Assembly (NCBI GenBank): GCA_964637115.1
Contig: CAZWVL010000003.1
Span: 1-64,000 of the forward strand
From: an uncultured Methanosarcinales archaeon
GTDB lineage: Archaea > Nanobdellota > Nanobdellia > Woesearchaeales > ARS49
DNA: 64,000 bases
Reading direction: 5' to 3'
Both the position numbers and the translations under genes were made by a program. Of this stretch, positions 62,962 through 64,000 are shown piece after piece. Position 1 is the stretch's first letter. Every line of letters begins with the position of its first letter. Under the pieces are notes generated by a model. That model was not told the origin of the DNA and searched no databases. It worked only from the letters and a program-made list of their open reading frames with translations.

Positions 62962-64000
62962 CTAACCAACTATTGACGCCCAGAGCCTTCTGAAGAAGCC
63001 CTGTTCTCCTGCAGTTCCTGCAGTCATTGCCTGGCCTTCAGCCTGCCCGCAATCCTGCATGCATTTTGCTTTTTCACCCATGCAGGTTTCTCTGTCAATG
63101 CCTGATCGGATGCATTTTTCAGAACGTGCAATGCATTCTTCGGCACAGTTGGGCGCTTTTGCCTCAGGCTTGCAGCGTTTCATACAGGCACCAACTTTCA
63201 TCGCACAAGACGCTTCATCAATGCCTGCCTCAAGACAATCAACTTTTATTTTAATGCAGACGTCCTCACATTTGCCTGAAAAAGGCAAGACTTTGCACTT
63301 TTTAATACAGCCTTCAGACATCTCGCCACACCTTTCCTTTCCATTGCCAGCATCAAGGCACTCCTTTTCAGCAGAAACGCATCCTTCTTCACAAGGGTGC
63401 ACAACAGGCATGCCAGGCATGCACTTGTCAAGACAATCCCCAATCATATTCCTGCAATTAGCCATCATTGTCTGCTGTTCTTCAGGATTATCAATTAAAT
63501 TAGCCTTGCGCATACAGCCGTAATAATCCTTTGAACAATCGATCTCACAACCGCCAGACGGAGGACATTCAGGCTTGCATTGGCGTTTGCATTCATCAAT
63601 CTTCATCTGACAAGAGCGCGGATCAATATTGGCATCCATGCAATCTTTCCTAATCATCTCGCACCTGCCCTCGCAGCTCATAGGCTTTGGAGCACACTGT
63701 ATCATGCAATTCTTGCGGTTGCTGTCGCATGCAGTCTTTATGCCTTCAGCGCTGAATCCTACAGTCTTTTCTAAGCAAATTTGGTGCTCTTTATCACATC
63801 CCTGCTCGCAAGTTTCTGGCTTTTCACATTGATCCTGCACGCATTCATTGTGTAATTTTTCACACGCAGATCTTATACTTTCGATGTTTATTCCTACAGT
63901 TGTTTTCAAACATTCGTTAAGTTTTTTGCCACAACCCTGCTCACAAGTTTCAGGAGGGTGGCCGCACTTGTCCTGCAGACAGTTGTTGCGAACATTCTCG
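62962..64000 (-). CDS. Cys-rich helical-repeat protein, 5'-truncated by the window edge
   Basis: The frame is open to 64000 (ENVRNNCLQDKCGHPPETC...); repeated C-x3-C-x6-C-x9-C-x6-C-x3-C. Confidence 0.8.
   Translation of the reverse strand, partial: ENVRNNCLQDKCGHPPETCEQGCGKKLNECLKTTVGINIESIRSACEKLHNECVQDQCEKPETCEQGCDKEHQICLEKTVGFSAEGIKTACDSNRKNCMIQCAPKPMSCEGRCEMIRKDCMDANIDPRSCQMKIDECKRQCKPECPPSGGCEIDCSKDYYGCMRKANLIDNPEEQQTMMANCRNMIGDCLDKCMPGMPVVHPCEEGCVSAEKECLDAGNGKERCGEMSEGCIKKCKVLPFSGKCEDVCIKIKVDCLEAGIDEASCAMKVGACMKRCKPEAKAPNCAEECIARSEKCIRSGIDRETCMGEKAKCMQDCGQAEGQAMTAGTAGEQGFFRRLWASIVG

Noticed and set aside
1107-63832. Numerous antisense and alternate-frame ORFs in the supplied track (e.g. 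2359-2892, 13515-14087, 25976-26755, 55024-55509)
   Set aside because: They overlap well-supported genes on the opposite strand or frame and show the S/F/L-rich composition expected from antisense A-rich coding DNA
1-64000. CRISPR array, cas genes, transposase, integrase, rRNA
   Set aside because: No regularly spaced repeat-spacer series and no recognisable motifs for these genes in any ORF

Overview
Archaeal chromosomal segment, most likely a DPANN archaeon of the Woesearchaeota/Pacearchaeota type. The taxonomy is inferred from archaeal ribosomal, exosome, proteasome and RNA polymerase genes, GGTGA/GGAGG SD motifs, short TATA promoters and many lineage-style hypothetical proteins. Housekeeping content: rpl7ae-rps28e-rpl24e-ndk-EF-2 operon, glmS, metG, tRNA-Lys(CUU), rnp2-psmA-SBDS-rrp4-rrp41-rrp42-rpoK superoperon, dys, idi, msrB, pdaD. 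Other blocks: a pilin and prepilin peptidase, many surface proteins, four TA-like loci and a MoxR/DUF58/double-vWA cluster. No CRISPR array, transposase, integrase or rRNA was found. The main non-coding signals, none in the ORF track, are: (1) two divergent copies of an ~88-nt multi-stem element with compensatory and G-U pairs (7930-8016, 18607-18696); (2) a dispersed CATC-arm-loop-arm'-GAG REP-like palindrome family, including back-to-back doublets; (3) a K-turn in the rpl7ae leader; (4) a 20-bp identical translation-start module shared by two tandem orphan genes. Several small ORFs missed by the ORF track were translated by hand. All family assignments come from motif recognition by eye; no database search was run.
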